The notes beneath the pieces were generated by a model. That model ran no database searches, had not been told where the DNA came from, and saw nothing but the letters and a program-made list of their open reading frames with translations. Shown one piece after another: positions 37,566-50,915 of a DNA stretch of 60,000 bases (position 1 is its first letter; each line of letters begins with the position of its first letter). Source of the stretch: Camelus dromedarius (taxonomy: Eukaryota); NCBI RefSeq assembly GCF_036321535.1, contig NC_087436.1:70000001-70060000 (forward strand), read 5' to 3'. The position numbers and the translations under genes are program-made.

Positions 37566-40500
37566 AAAGGCTGTGTGCTGTATGTAACTGATTCTGCTAT
37601 AAGTCAATACAACCTTAGGGAAAGTAGTTTGGCTGTGTAACTTAGAGCAGTGCTTCCCAGTCCTGGCTGTACATTAAAATTTCCTGGCAAACTTTACAAA
37701 ATATCTATGTCCAGGTTCCATTCCAGAGCAATTCAAAATCTCTGAGAGTGGGGCCCAGTGGTGAGTATTTTCAATTAAAGGAAAATGAAAAATTTTATTA
37801 AGTAGATAAAATTGTAATTATATGGATAGTTAATGAAATATTATGTGTTAAAAAATGTAACATTGGAAAATGCTTGCAGTATAATGCTAAACTAAGGCAG
37901 TCAGCATAAAGTAAGAGACCTAGACGCTAACAGAGAAAGTGACCCAAAACCACGTGAAGTCTTGAGTAAAAATTTGGTCAGCTGCCCCAAGAAAAATCAA
38001 GTATGTTCTTTCCTCACTTAGACATGATTTAAAGATTTGCATTGTTGCAAGGCTGTAAAATTTCCAAAACAAAAATTCTGGAGATACACTATTCTTATCC
38101 CCTTCATTACATAACCAGTAGTTACTTATTTGATGTAGTAAGCAGACACGACATTCCAGGAATGACATCCCTGAAATGAACGTTCCCCATGACCAATGTT
38201 TTAACCACAAAGGGCTATGGCAGACAGCTGGGATTTGAACTCTGCTTAAACATCCACTAGTGAATTGATACAACTTGCAAACTCACTTTTTTTTTTAACG
38301 CAAGGAGTTTGATTCTTTTGAGTCGTGATAGTATAAAAATTACAGAAACATGAAAAGCTACAGAGCTGAATTTTAGAGTAAGTTCAGGCATTAGAACGCT
38401 CCAATAACTTCTCAAGTCTTTGTGAATAAAATCTGCAGCCTTGATTTGAAAGTCCTTCTCATTGCTGTATAGTAACGGGACCTTGTAATGCAGATGGGAC
38501 AACACTTTAGGGGTATTTTGGCAATTTTTGCAGGCATTTTTGGCTGTCACAATGCTTGAAGCTGCTACTGATGTGCAGTGGCAAGTGCCAGTGCTGCTCA
38601 GTGTTCTACAATATATGGGGAAGTGCCAAACGAGAAAGATGTAGTTCACATCCTGCATGCCTTTCAAGTGTCCACCAGGTTTTCATGGAGATAAATAAAA
38701 CAATTTGTTTATCTGAGCCTAGGATCTAACTCTTTTTGAATGTTAGTATACACAGAATATTTTAGGCCCGTACCTTCCTTTTAATCATGGAGAGAGAATA
38801 CTTGGTTTCTGTTCAAACTTTTCCAAGAGTAGTTAACCATTGTGGAAAATCATGTCCCTAAAGACAAGCACTATTCATGGCATTTGAGCTAATGGCCACA
38901 TTTGTACCATCTGCCTTGGTAGCTGATACTTGCCAATATTATATAGAGAAGATTTGAGATACCATTAATATTAGTTGACATACATGAAATGCACAGATCT
39001 CACCACATTTTATTAAGAATTCTATTTTTTAATTTGGGAGCATAATGTTTTCTAATCATGTACGTTATGAAAATCACAGCCTGAAATTTCTTGAAATTGC
39101 CTACTGTTCTTTTCAACTTTATGGTTCCCAGAGATCTTCTACAAAACTTCTCTTTTATCCCTTGAATTGTTATTTCTTTTTTCAGTAGATCTCTAGTCTC
39201 CTGTTGACAATCAAACTGTATGGTCTCTGTGGTCCCTTTGGATATTCAAGACAGAATCTATACCTCAACATGTGGTTTCAAGATAGATTTTGTTTATTAA
39301 ACTATTCTCGTCTGTCCCATGCAACAGAGGGAATTATTTTGACACACACTTGTAAATAAGGCCAGCTCATTTGCAAGAATATCATACTTCCTCATTTTCT
39401 CACTTCAACAATCTGTAATTTGTCTTGACATGTTGTCCCTACTGCAGTTAAGGTTATTTCCCACTTTCTCTTACCAGATGTAGACAGGTTAGTCTGTCAT
39501 TACTTAACCTAACGGTAGTTTTTATTGTGGTGTCTACTGCACCTCTACTCTCTCATTTTCCTTCTTGTTCAGCATGGCTTTTAATTTTACTTCTTCCAAA
39601 TTTTTAGTCATTACAAGTAGGTACAGACATCTGACCACTTCATTTTGGCTTCTTGTGTAGTTGTGCTCAAGCGCTTTACACCGAAGTGCACACTTCTTAT
39701 TATACTTTTCTTTCTCCTTTAAATTATAGTAAGGATTTTATACTTATATTTAATGCAGTTTTTAAATTATGTGCACATGGAGGTTACAGAATGAATTTAA
39801 TTTCAGGAAAGGAAGTATTTATATAAAAAGAGGGTTTCAGGTCTGAGGAGTACAAAAAAGGTACACTATTTGCCACCTCCACACTCAGACACCATGTCCC
39901 TGCTCTCAGCCCTGTGGCTCTGCAGCTCTTCAAGGCTCATTCAGGGGGCTTTGCAATTAGATTTTTGAAACTGCTCCTGCCTTTAAAGGTCTCTTCTCTG
40001 AAATGCTATGGCCCTATTTACTTTACGTGGTTGGAATTTAATCTCATACTGCCTTGAGCTACCACTGCTGATCTTAAGTGTGTGAGCATCATTATCTCCT
40101 CAGCAGGACTCTAAGCGTCTAGAAAGCAAAATTATTTGCCAGGCCCCCTAAATCCTTTAACACTGTACTTTGCACAAAGTTAGACCTCAGTAAATTCTGT
40201 CTGAGTAAATAAATCAACTTCTAAACTTTACATGGTGGCACAGTTCTTGGCACATCCTACTTGTCAGACCAAACTTTAATTAGTTTCTTTATATGTGTGA
40301 CTATCTCACAGACTGTTAGAGAGGAAAGGGAACATGATTATTCACCCCTGTAATCTCAACACCAGAGCCCACTGACTAGTTCAGAGAAATCATCCAGTGA
40401 ATGTTCACTAATGACCAGATGGATGCATTAATTAAATTTATGAGGAAGATTCCGATGTAACTGTAGATTATGTGGAAGTATAATTTAATAAGAATGAACG

Positions 40501-41134
40501 TAATTAAAGTCACTGAAACAGAGAAAATCCTGGAATTTCTCTGTTCCAAGAATTTTACCTTCAAATTGACATTACCATTTTGTTGTAACTTCATGTCTCA
40601 TTTTCAATCCTCTCTCCTGCAGGAATTTTCTCGCAATGTAATTCTTTCAAAGAGATCTGAAAGAAAATAGAGGTTTAAAAAAAAAAAGATGAAGCCCATC
40701 TAGAGGTTAGAAAGACTTTATCCTCTTTGAAAAGTGTGAGGAATTGTATTTTGTAGAGCTTTTGTAGTACTAAATTTTGTAGACTTGGAAATAACCCTAA
40801 ATGTCTAAATGAGTTTATTCTGGTTCTCTTTACCACATATGCATTACCACAGAATCAGCACGCACTATATTTTAAATGATATCTAACGTATCATTTTATT
40901 TTACTAATAAAAAAATTCACATTCATTTTAGAAATTTTGAAAAGGATATTTTCAAAATTTAAATTAACCACTATCCTATCAAAGATGATCCTGTTTCTAT
41001 TTATTTCTTTCCAATCTTTTCCCTGTGTATTGATGTGTCTATAATTTTACAGAATTAGAATCACATATAGTAATCACATCCTCTTTTCAATTTTGGCATT
41101 ATAGTAATGGTAGAAAAAAATCTATAGTAGAGAT

Positions 41135-41590
41135 CTTTTCAGGGTCGGGATCCATTTATACTCTTAAAAATTAATGAAGACCCCCAAAAGGCTTTGTGGA
41201 CTAAAATAGAGAACACTTTTTACCTTTATCAACTATTTTGAAATAACAGCAATAAACCAATTACATGTTAGCATAAATAAAATTTTTATATGAAAAATAA
41301 CTATTTCTCAAAACAAAAATTTTAGTAAGAATAATGACACTTTGTGAATCTCTTTAATGTCTGGCTTCATAGATAATAACTGGATTCTCCTGTCTACTTC
41401 TGTATTCACTCTATATCATATGTCATGTAGCCTCTGGAATACTCCACGATGCACTTGTGAGATAAAAGAATGAGATTGAAAAGAGCAAATAACATCCTGG
41501 TACTGTTATAAAAGATAGTTTTGAATTCCAGGACCAAAAAGGGATCTCAGAACCTCTGGGTGTCCCCAGACCACACTTTGAGAATGTGTA
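41135..41590. mobile_element. hAT-Charlie1-like DNA transposon fragment
   Basis: tttatactcttaaaaattaatgaagaccccc...ccccagaccacactttgagaa. Confidence 0.6.
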
Positions 41591-41711
41591 GTCCTGTGGA
41601 CTGGATGTGGGTGAGGAAATGTTAATAGGTCTCTCTTCAAAGACAAATTCTGCTCCATATACTCCAGAAACTCCACATTGAGCACACTATTCCTGGCAGA
41701 CCTTAGAATGC

Positions 41712-41940
41712 TAGTATACTAGAAATTGATACCTTGTAAACTGACTATACTTCAATTAAAATAAATAAATAAATAAAAAAGAATGTACTGTCCTACACAG
41801 GGAATACAGCCAATATTTTATAATAACTATAAATGGAGTATAACCTTTAAAAACTGTGAGTCACTATGTTGTACACCTATACCTTATATATAGGATTGTA
41901 CATCAACTATATTGCAATTCTAAATTTTTTAAATAAAATT
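41712..41940 (+). mobile_element. Two adjacent short L1 3' tails
   Basis: ttgtaaactgactatacttcaattaaa(ataa)n followed by gggaatacagccaatattttataataactataaatggagtataacc. Confidence 0.6.
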
Positions 41941-44139
41941 AATATTAAGTATTCTCATTTTGAAAAAATTAACAATTCTTCAGCTAAAAGTTAAAATTAA
42001 ATATCATCCTTAGAAAAAGGCAAGTCAGAAACACTGGTCGTGTCTAGCCATACATCACCTACTGAAGGAGCTCTTTCCAGTGATCTTCGGAGTAACAAAT
42101 CATCTGTAAGGTCATCTCTAAAGTGGGGAAGATGCAGAAAGTTGTGGCTAAGCAGCTTCATGTATTCCAGGGCCAGTGGCAAATCCATCCCTCTTGTTAG
42201 CTCTATATGTCAAACTAACTTAGTCTTGCCACTTAACATCTATATTTATAAATAATTAGGTGATTATGATTTAGCTTTTGATGTAGGTCTTTCTATAGGG
42301 AGATAATCTGACAAGAGGCGACCTCTGCTGCTTAATATAAATTAATAAGAGTAGTCTGATTTTAACTTTTTAAAAAATATAACCGTTATGTCAGGAAGCT
42401 TATACTGAACAGGCCAAGAAAGGTATCTGACAGTCATAACCCCTTCTGGGAGCTTCAAAATGCCTACCAGACCCACATCCTCTTCTAAAAGTTTCCTTAA
42501 TCATGCTTTGTAACTTTCACCCTCCCTCCCTGGACACAACAGATTGGACTAGGGATGGGTACTTTTTCTGGCCAACAGTCTATCAGGTTCCCTGACCCCA
42601 AAAGTTCTGCCCAATCCAGATCTCCTATATGGAATGGTGCTTAGTTAAATCAGTCAGGTCCTCTCAGAAAATTTAAACTGGAGACTTAGGAAGAGGCAGT
42701 TAGTAACAGCCAGGTCATGCAAAGCAGCACAGACATTAGCTTTGTCTCTGCAAGAAGGCACAGCCACTAGAGGAAAAGCTGCAATGCCTGCTGACCTGTG
42801 AAGGTGCTGGCAGATACCAGAGCAATCTCAAGATACTGGATGACATCCTAACTCCATGAGGCCTGAAAATGCATCTGTTCCTATTCATTTTTCTTAATTA
42901 AGAAGCCTATTTTGTTCTTACAACTTATAACAGTGCACACCACATTACAATGTAAGCTCAGTGAGAGAGTAGAAAGTCAATTTAGCCAAAGTCATCCTGC
43001 ATGCTGTAGTGAAAAGCACTTAAGATTTAAAGCAGGAATCACAAGCCAAAATGCCCACCCAGGTAAGGCAGGTAACATATATAAGTGAAGTCAGGCAGGT
43101 GTAAGAAAAATAAGGAGGGATGCTTTCCCTGTTCAGGGGGACAGTTACACCCCAACATTGCTCATAGTTACCATTCAGAAACACAGTTTGCTGAAACTTG
43201 AGCTTTACATGGCATAATGCATGTCGAGTGCTTACTATATGCCTGGTACATTATAAGAGCTCATTAATACTCACTATTATTGTCTTATATCATTTACAAT
43301 CATCATTAGCAATTACAGATCTATAGGAATCATCTGGAGAAATGAAACTGCTTGGCAAATTTACATTTTCTAATTCTTTAATATATATTTATCTCACAAA
43401 AAAAATTTTAATCATACTTTTTTAAATGCTTCTCCAGTTTTAACTGGTTTCTTAAATAAATCATGAAAATTCTATAATTTAAGGTATGCTGTCTCTACTG
43501 GTTTACTTTTCTGTTGATTCATTTCTTTGGTTTTTGGGCCAAAGACAGCCTACCCATTTCTTATTTTTCTAGCCTATATTTTCCCTGGTAATTACCCCCA
43601 TAGATAACTTTCAGACATTGCCTATCATTCAAAAATGTGGATTGAAAATAATGTGATTTTTTTTCCAAGTTGGTTTAGGCCTTTTAATCAGAGACAGCCG
43701 GTTCTGACCGGCTCTTCCAAAACAAATCAGTAAGTTTCTTTGCCTTTTAAGGATTGGTACAAATGACAAAATTTAGCTAAGATATGAGCAAGGAGATACT
43801 ATCTAAAAAAGCAGAATAGTAGCAGAACATGCATACTCGCAGAGCACTTATACCATAACTTGTAACACCAGGCTTTAGGTAGAAAGTTGTCTTATTTATT
43901 TTATGTTGTTTTTAACATACAAGAGCCCGTGACCAAAACGAAATAATTGAGTCAAGTGTCTGGGCTTCCTTTCATTTTTAACAACCAGTATGAATTAATG
44001 CTGTGAAATAATGTTATGAATTAATATGCAGCATATTCAGAGCACTTCAAATCTTAAAGTAAATAATGCTGATTAATATAATCCATTCAGGTCCAGTTTC
44101 CTACTTAAGGACAGTGTGATGTAGAGTAAACAGCATGTA

Positions 44140-45136
44140 CGTACATAAACAGCTCATACAACTCAGTATCAAATCAATATCAAAAAAACAAACAACCCAA
44201 TCAAAAAATAGGTAGAAGAGCTGAATAGATATTTTTCCAAAGAAGGCATAGAGACAAATAGTAGGTACATGAAAAGATGCTCAACATCCTTAATTATCAA
44301 AAAAATGCAAATCAAAACTACAATTAGCTATCACCTCACACCTGTCAGAATGGCTATCATCAAAAAGTCTACAAATAACAAATGCTGAAGATGATGTAGA
44401 CAACGGGTAACCTTTTACACTGTTGGTGGGAATGTAAATTGGTGTATCCACTACAGAAAACAGTATAAAGTTTCCTTAAAAAACTAAAAATATAACTACC
44501 ATGTGATGTAGCAATTTCACTGCTGGGCATATACCTGGGAAAAAAATGCAAACACTGATTCAAAAAGATACATGCACCTGGTGTTCACAGCAGCATTATT
44601 TACAATAGCCAGGATATAGAAGCAACCCAAGTGCTCATCAACAGACCAATGGATAAAGATCATGTGATGTGTGTGTGTATACACACACACACACACACAC
44701 ACAGGAATATTATTCAGCCATAAAGAGAATAAAATTCTGCCATTTGCAGCAACATGGATGGACCTAGAGAATGTTATGCTTAGTGAAAAAAGTTAGACAA
44801 AGACAAATACTGTATGATATCACTTATATGTAGAATCTAAATAGTACAAATAAATGTATAGCAAAATAGAAATAAACTCACAGATAGAGAAAACAAACTA
44901 GTGGTTACCGAAGGGGAGAAGTGGGGAGCAAATTAGGGATAGGGGATTAAGAGATACAAACTACTATGTATAAAATAGATAAGCAACAAGAATAGATTAT
45001 AGCCATTATCTTGTAATAACTTTTAATAGAGTATAATCTGTAAAAACACTGAATCACGATGTTGTATACTTAATATAATAATATAAATCAATTATACTTA
45101 AATTAAAAACTAAAAATAAAAAAAACAAAAACAAAA
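44140..45136 (+). mobile_element. 5'-truncated L1 inserted into a MIR, with internal (TG)/(CA)n
   Basis: L1 ORF2 end and 3' UTR; TSD aaacagcatgta (44128-44139) / aaacaacatgta (45137-45148). Confidence 0.85.
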
Positions 45137-45230
45137 AAACAACATGTATGGATTTTGGAGTCATACTGATCTGAATTTAAATTCTGATATACTTATCAGA
45201 CATACATCTTTAGCAAGTATCTTGACCTCC

Positions 45231-45475
45231 CTTTCAAAAAACCAGCTCTTGGTTTGTTTGATTTTTTCTATTATTTTTTTATCTCTATTTTACTTATTTC
45301 CTCTATGATCTTTATTCTTTCTTTCCTTCTGCTGACTTTAGGCTTTGTTTGTTCATCTTTTTCTAATTCTTTTAGGTGGTAGGTTAGGTTGTCTATTTGG
45401 GATTGTTCTTGTTTTTTGAGGAAGGTCTGTATTACTATGAACTTCTCTCTTAGGATTGCTTTTGCTGTATCCCAA
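45231..45475 (-). mobile_element. Internal L1 ORF2 fragment
   Basis: ORF 45271..45483 WDTAKAILREKFIVIQTFLKKQE...PKVSRRKERIKI matches L1 ORF2 just after the endonuclease domain. Confidence 0.85.
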
Positions 45476-45862
45476 GCCACCATCGTCTCTCACCTAGATT
45501 ATTGCAATCTCTCCTAACCTGTACTATGCTTCCACTTTTGGCCCCCTTGAGGCTGTAGAACCCAGCCAGAATGTCTTCCCTCACTTCCTTCCCAGATGAC
45601 TTCTTTATACTGAGACCTTCCATGGCCACCCTATCCAAAATTTCAAAACACATTCATAACAATTCCTATGCTTTCTTCCTGCTCAATTTTTTCTCCTTGG
45701 CACTTATCATACCATGTATTTAACATACTAACCTTGTTAATTGACTGTTTCCCCCACTAGTAGGTGAGCTATTTGAGGGGGTTTTGTCTTGTTTTGTTCA
45801 CTTTCATATCTCATGTCTAGAGCAATGCCTGGTACACATTAGATGCTCAGTTGTTGAATGCA
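45476..45862 (+). mobile_element. L2 3' fragment
   Basis: gccaccatcgtctctcacctagattattgcaat...tctagagcaatgcctggtacacattagatgctca. Confidence 0.7.
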
Positions 45863-45989
45863 TAAGGGAGCAATTTCAACCACTCATTTAAGCTGCAATA
45901 AAATTCAAATCCAATTAATAATAATTCCTTTTTAACATTCAGCTCCTTTCCATTGAGAAATTTTTGATCTTTTGGTGCAATTTGATCCC

Positions 45990-46200
45990 AGTGTCAGACA
46001 GATCTGGGTTGAATCCAGAGCACCACTGTCTACCTATGTGACTTTGGGCAAATTACTTAACCCAACTCAACTCAGTTTCTTCATCTGTAAAACTGACAAT
46101 AACAATAGTACCTGCCTGAAAGAGTTGTTGTACAGATAAAATGCAATAAATGTCCAGGACCTAGAACACAGAAAAGACAATAAATATACACTATTATTTT
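45990..46200 (+). mobile_element. MIR SINE
   Basis: gtcagacagatctgggttgaatcc...tgtgactttgggcaaattacttaac...ctcagtttcttcatctgtaaaa. Confidence 0.75.
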
Positions 46201-46704
46201 TATGTATATTAAATGTTTTAATATATCCAAATAATCAGATTTTTACATCATGGAGAACCAAAAAATTTAAAAACTGGGACAAAATTTTGTTTTCCTGGTA
46301 CCATCCTTTGGCTATATGTAACTTACATGCAAAAACAGAAGAGAAACTAATTGCTTCACTGTTCTAGACAGTTATTACCACCATACCTACCCTCTAAAAG
46401 GAAAAACTGAGTTTCAGTTTGGCATCATGATCACATCACATTCTACCAACTGGATACATTTTCTTCACTAGGTTCCCTACTATTGTTTAACCTCAGCCAG
46501 TCTGCTTTTCTTTCACCATCATGCAACCAGTTCCTTTCTTTTCATAGGTTTTTCCTTCAACATAGAAGGGCCTTTCACCTTATATCCTATATTCTTTATC
46601 AGCAATTTTACTTTTAAAACTCACTTTCTGCAAGAATGCTTCTATGATTAAGCCTCCTATTCTACTAACCCCCTTATTTGACATCCCTTTAGCATTTACC
46701 CTAA

Positions 46705-46915
46705 ATAAATAATAATTTGCATTAATTGCATGCTTGCAATGTACAAACACTGTTCTAATCATCTTAGTACACTATTTCATTTACTTGATGTAGTACTTTA
46801 TTTATACTCTATTACAGATCAGAAAACTGAGGCACAGAATGGTGAAGTAACTTGCCCAGGACACACCTGATCACTTTGACCTCAAAGCCCACATTCTTAG
46901 CAACTTAGCACTTTG
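46705..46915 (-). mobile_element. MIR SINE
   Basis: ttacagatcagaaaactgaggcacagaatggtgaagtaacttgcccagg. Confidence 0.7.
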
Positions 46916-47094
46916 TATCCTATCTTTAACATAGTAAGATTTTTCATAATAAGGCTCATGTCAGCTCATGTATCAATGTCACATATGGTTTCTTCAACTA
47001 GACTATAACATTTTTGAGTAAAAGGAGTTTGAGTGTCTCTTTACCATCATTAAATTTAATATGATGGTCTTTGACCTTTAATATTAAAGTTCAA

Positions 47095-48434
47095 TGTCTC
47101 TTCAGCAAGTGGTATTGAGAAAACTGCACAGCTGCATGTAAATCAGTAAAGTGAGAACACTCCTTCACACTATATGCAAAAATAAACTCAAAATGACTAA
47201 GACTTAAACATAAGACAAGACAGTATAAACCTCTTAGAAGAAAACATAGGCAAAGTATTATCTGATATAAATCTTAGCAGTATTCTCCTAAGACAGTCTA
47301 CCCAGGCAATTGAAATAAAAGCAAAAATAAACAAATGGGACCTAATTAAACTTATAAGCTTTTGCACAGCAAAGGAAACCATAAGCAAAACAAAAAGACA
47401 ATGTACAAAATGGGAGAAAACATTCGCAAAAGATGAGACTGACAAGGGCTTAATTTCCAGAATATATAAATGGCTCATACAACTTAATAACAAAAAAACA
47501 AACAACCCAATCCAAAACTAGGCATATCTAAACAAGCAATACTCCAATGAATACATACAAGGCCAATAGGCACATGAAAAAATGCCAAATATCACTAATT
47601 ATCAGAGAAATGCAAATAAAAACTACCATGAGATATCACCTCACACCAGCCAGAACGGCCATGGTTAAAAAGTCCACAAACGATAAATGCTCGAGAGGGT
47701 GTGGAAAAAAGGGAATGTAGTTTGGTGCAGCCATTATGGAAAACAGTAGGAGATTCCTCAAAAAACTAAAAATAGACTTACCATATGATCCAGCAATCCT
47801 ACTCCTGGGCATGTATCCAGAGGAAACTCTAATTTGAAAAGATATATGTACCCCAATGTTCATAGCAGCACTATGTACAATAGCCAAGACATGGAAACAC
47901 AACCTAAATGTCCACTGACAGATGACTGGATAAAGAAGATGTGGTATATTTATACAATGGAATACTACTCATCCATAAAAAAAGAATAAAATAATGCCAT
48001 TTGCAGCAACATGGATGGATCTGGAGATCGTCATTCTAAGTGAAGTAAGCCAGAAAGAGAAAGAAAAATACCATATGATATCACTCATATGTGGAATCTA
48101 AGAAAAAGGAAAATAGAAGACACTAATAAACTTATCTAAAAAAAAGAGACAGACTCACAGACATAGTAAACAAATTTATGGTTACCAGGGGAAAGGGGGT
48201 GGAAAGGGATAAATTGGGAGTCTGAGATTTGCAAATATTAACTACTATATATAAAATAGATTTTAAAAAACAAATTTCTCCTATAGAGCACAGGGAACTA
48301 TATTCAATATCTTGTAGTAACCTATAATGAAAAAGAGTATGAAAACTAATATATGTATGTCTATGTATGACTGAAGCATTATGCTGTACACCAGAAATGG
48401 CCAAATTGTAACTGACTATACTTCTTCTTAAAAA
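47095..48434 (+). mobile_element. 5'-truncated lineage-specific L1 (~1.3 kb)
   Basis: ORF2 C-terminal region and 3' UTR; TSD aatattaaagttcaa (47080-47094) / aatatgaaaggtcaa (48435-48449). Confidence 0.88.
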
Positions 48435-49256
48435 AATATGAAAGGTCAAAGTGAGCCTTTAATAAATGCTCTTTAACAAACTCAGTAGTTAAGTGACTAA
48501 AACAAGATATGTATGTTTCCTGCTTTGCTTTCCTATTATCCACACCAGAGGCTTCTCCTGGGCAGAGTGAAAACAAACATTTCTACTGTAAAACTGACTC
48601 ATGTCATCATGTAGAGTCAATGTGTGAAGACCTGAAGTCATCCTGTATTGGCTTGCGGTCAACTCTCTCATTCTTCCAAAAGTCCTTCTGAATTGGGCTT
48701 ATTATAATGGGTATCAACTGGCAGATAATAATCCAGAAGAGAAAGAGATGAATCACCCTTTAAACATACAAAGCAAGTTGGTGTGTCACCTGGCAGTCCG
48801 CCAAGAACTACTGTATTCATTACACATATTTTTGTCACAACAAACTCCCTTGTTTGTAAAGAACCAATGACAAATTTGTTCATTGTCAGAGTTTCCAGGG
48901 ATGTGACTTTGGAATCCATCACGCAAAGAAAGGAAAGAGGGGCAGAAAATGAGTTCAACCTAACTGCAGTAAGTATATATGAAGCATACTATGTGAGAAA
49001 TTATTGTGAGATAGAAACTCTTTACATGGAAGGCATTTTAACATACATATTTTTAATGTATATCAAAAAGTTTACATTAAACATGGCAAAAGATTAATTT
49101 GTATGTTATGTAAAATGTTTCATCATATGCTCAGTGATAAATGGAAAACATATACAAATTGATAAGAATATCAATTTCTCTGTGGCTAATAAGTAAAAAC
49201 ATGAACAATTTTCAAAAAGCAGAAATACAGTTATTAAATAAACATGTGAAGAAAAT

Positions 49257-49375
49257 CTTTTATGGTTTATTTGTCTGTGAAGGGTTTCCCTCTGCTAAAG
49301 AAGCTGAGGCACTAATTGCAATTGTTTCATTTTTCTGTATTAAAATTTTTAAAAACTTGGAATCTAAAAACAAAT
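49257..49375 (+). other. 119-bp retroposed polyadenylated sequence (non-TE-like)
   Basis: Perfect 20-bp direct repeats 49237-49256 and 49376-49395; ATTAAA 49339-49344; A-rich tail from 49366. Confidence 0.65.
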
Positions 49376-49879
49376 AATAAACATGTGAAGAAAATATTTA
49401 ACCTTGATAATGATCAGAGAAATATAAATTAAAACACCAAGTTATTATCACAAGAAAAAATTTTATAACCGTGTATGGTGACGGATAGACTTCTTGAAGT
49501 GATTATTTCACAATATATACAAATATTGAATCATTATATCATACACCTGAAATTAATACATTATATGTCAGTTATACCTCAAAACAAAGTCAAAAACATG
49601 AAATACTACATTATAACTACTGAATTATGGAAAAAATTAATTAGATGAATAAATTCTGGCAAGTGAACTGGTATACATAAACTGTTGGTAGCATATAAAT
49701 TTGGATAATTTGGCAATACTTATCAAGAGTCATAAAAATATGCATACTTTTAACTAGGAATCTTATTCATGGGAAATTATACAAAGAAAATAATTCAAAA
49801 TATAAATTTTTATTATTTACTAATTAAAATATTTATAGTAAAAATTAGAAACAATCAAAGGTCAAAAAATAGGAGTCTT

Positions 49880-50915
49880 ACAACCTAGGGAATGGGAGAA
49901 AATTTTTGCAAATGAAACCGACAAAGGCTTGATCTCCAGAATATATAAGCAGCTCATATGACTTAATAAGAAAAAAAAAAAAAACCCAATCCAAAAATGG
50001 GAAGAAGACCTAAACAAGCAATTCTCCAAGAAAGAAATACAAATGATCAATAGGAACATAAAAAAATGCTCAATATAACTACCAGAGAAATGCAAATCAA
50101 AACTACAATGAGGTATCACCTCACACCAGTCAGAATGGCCATCATTCAAAAGTCCACAAATGACAAATGCTGGAGAGGCTGTGGAGAAAAGGGAATCCTT
50201 CTACATTGCTGATGGGAATGCAGTTTGGTGCAGCCACTGTGGAAAACAGTATGGAGATTCCTCAAAAGACTAGGAATAGACTTACCATATGACCCAGGAA
50301 TCCCACTCCTGGGCATATCCAGAAGGAACCCTACTTCAAAATGACATCTGCACCCCAATGTTCATAGCAGCACTATTTACAATAGCCAAGACATGGAAAC
50401 AGCCTAAATGTCCATCAACGGATGACTGGATAAAGAAGATGTGGTATATTTATATAATGGAATACTATTCAGCCATAAAAACCAACATAATGCTATTTGC
50501 AGCAACATGGATGCTCCTGGAGAATGTCATTCTAAGTGAAGTAAGCCAGAAAGAGAAAGAAAAATACCATATGAGATCACTCATATGTGGAATCTAAAAA
50601 AAAAAAAAAAAGCATAAATACAAAACAGAAATAGACTCATAGACATAGAATACAAACTTGTGGTTGCCAAGGGGGCGGGGGTTGGGAAGGGATAGACTGA
50701 GATTTCAAAATTGTAGAATAGATAAACAAGATTATACCGTATAGCACAGGGAAATATATACAAGATCTCATAGTAGCTCACAGAGAAAAAAATGTGACAA
50801 TGAATATATATATGTTCATGTATAACTGAAAAATTGTGCTCTACACTGGAATTTGACACAACATTGTAAAATGATTATAAATCAATAAAAAATGTTATAT
50901 TGTTCAAAAAAATAA
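49880..50915 (+). mobile_element. 5'-truncated lineage-specific L1 (~1 kb)
   Basis: gaatgggagaaaatttttgcaaatg...ORF 50289..50597 ([32 protein letters not shown]) is the L1 ORF2 C-terminus. Confidence 0.88.

Noticed and set aside
47197..50859. Several hydrophobic minus-strand ORFs
   Set aside because: Standard antisense translations of L1 3' regions
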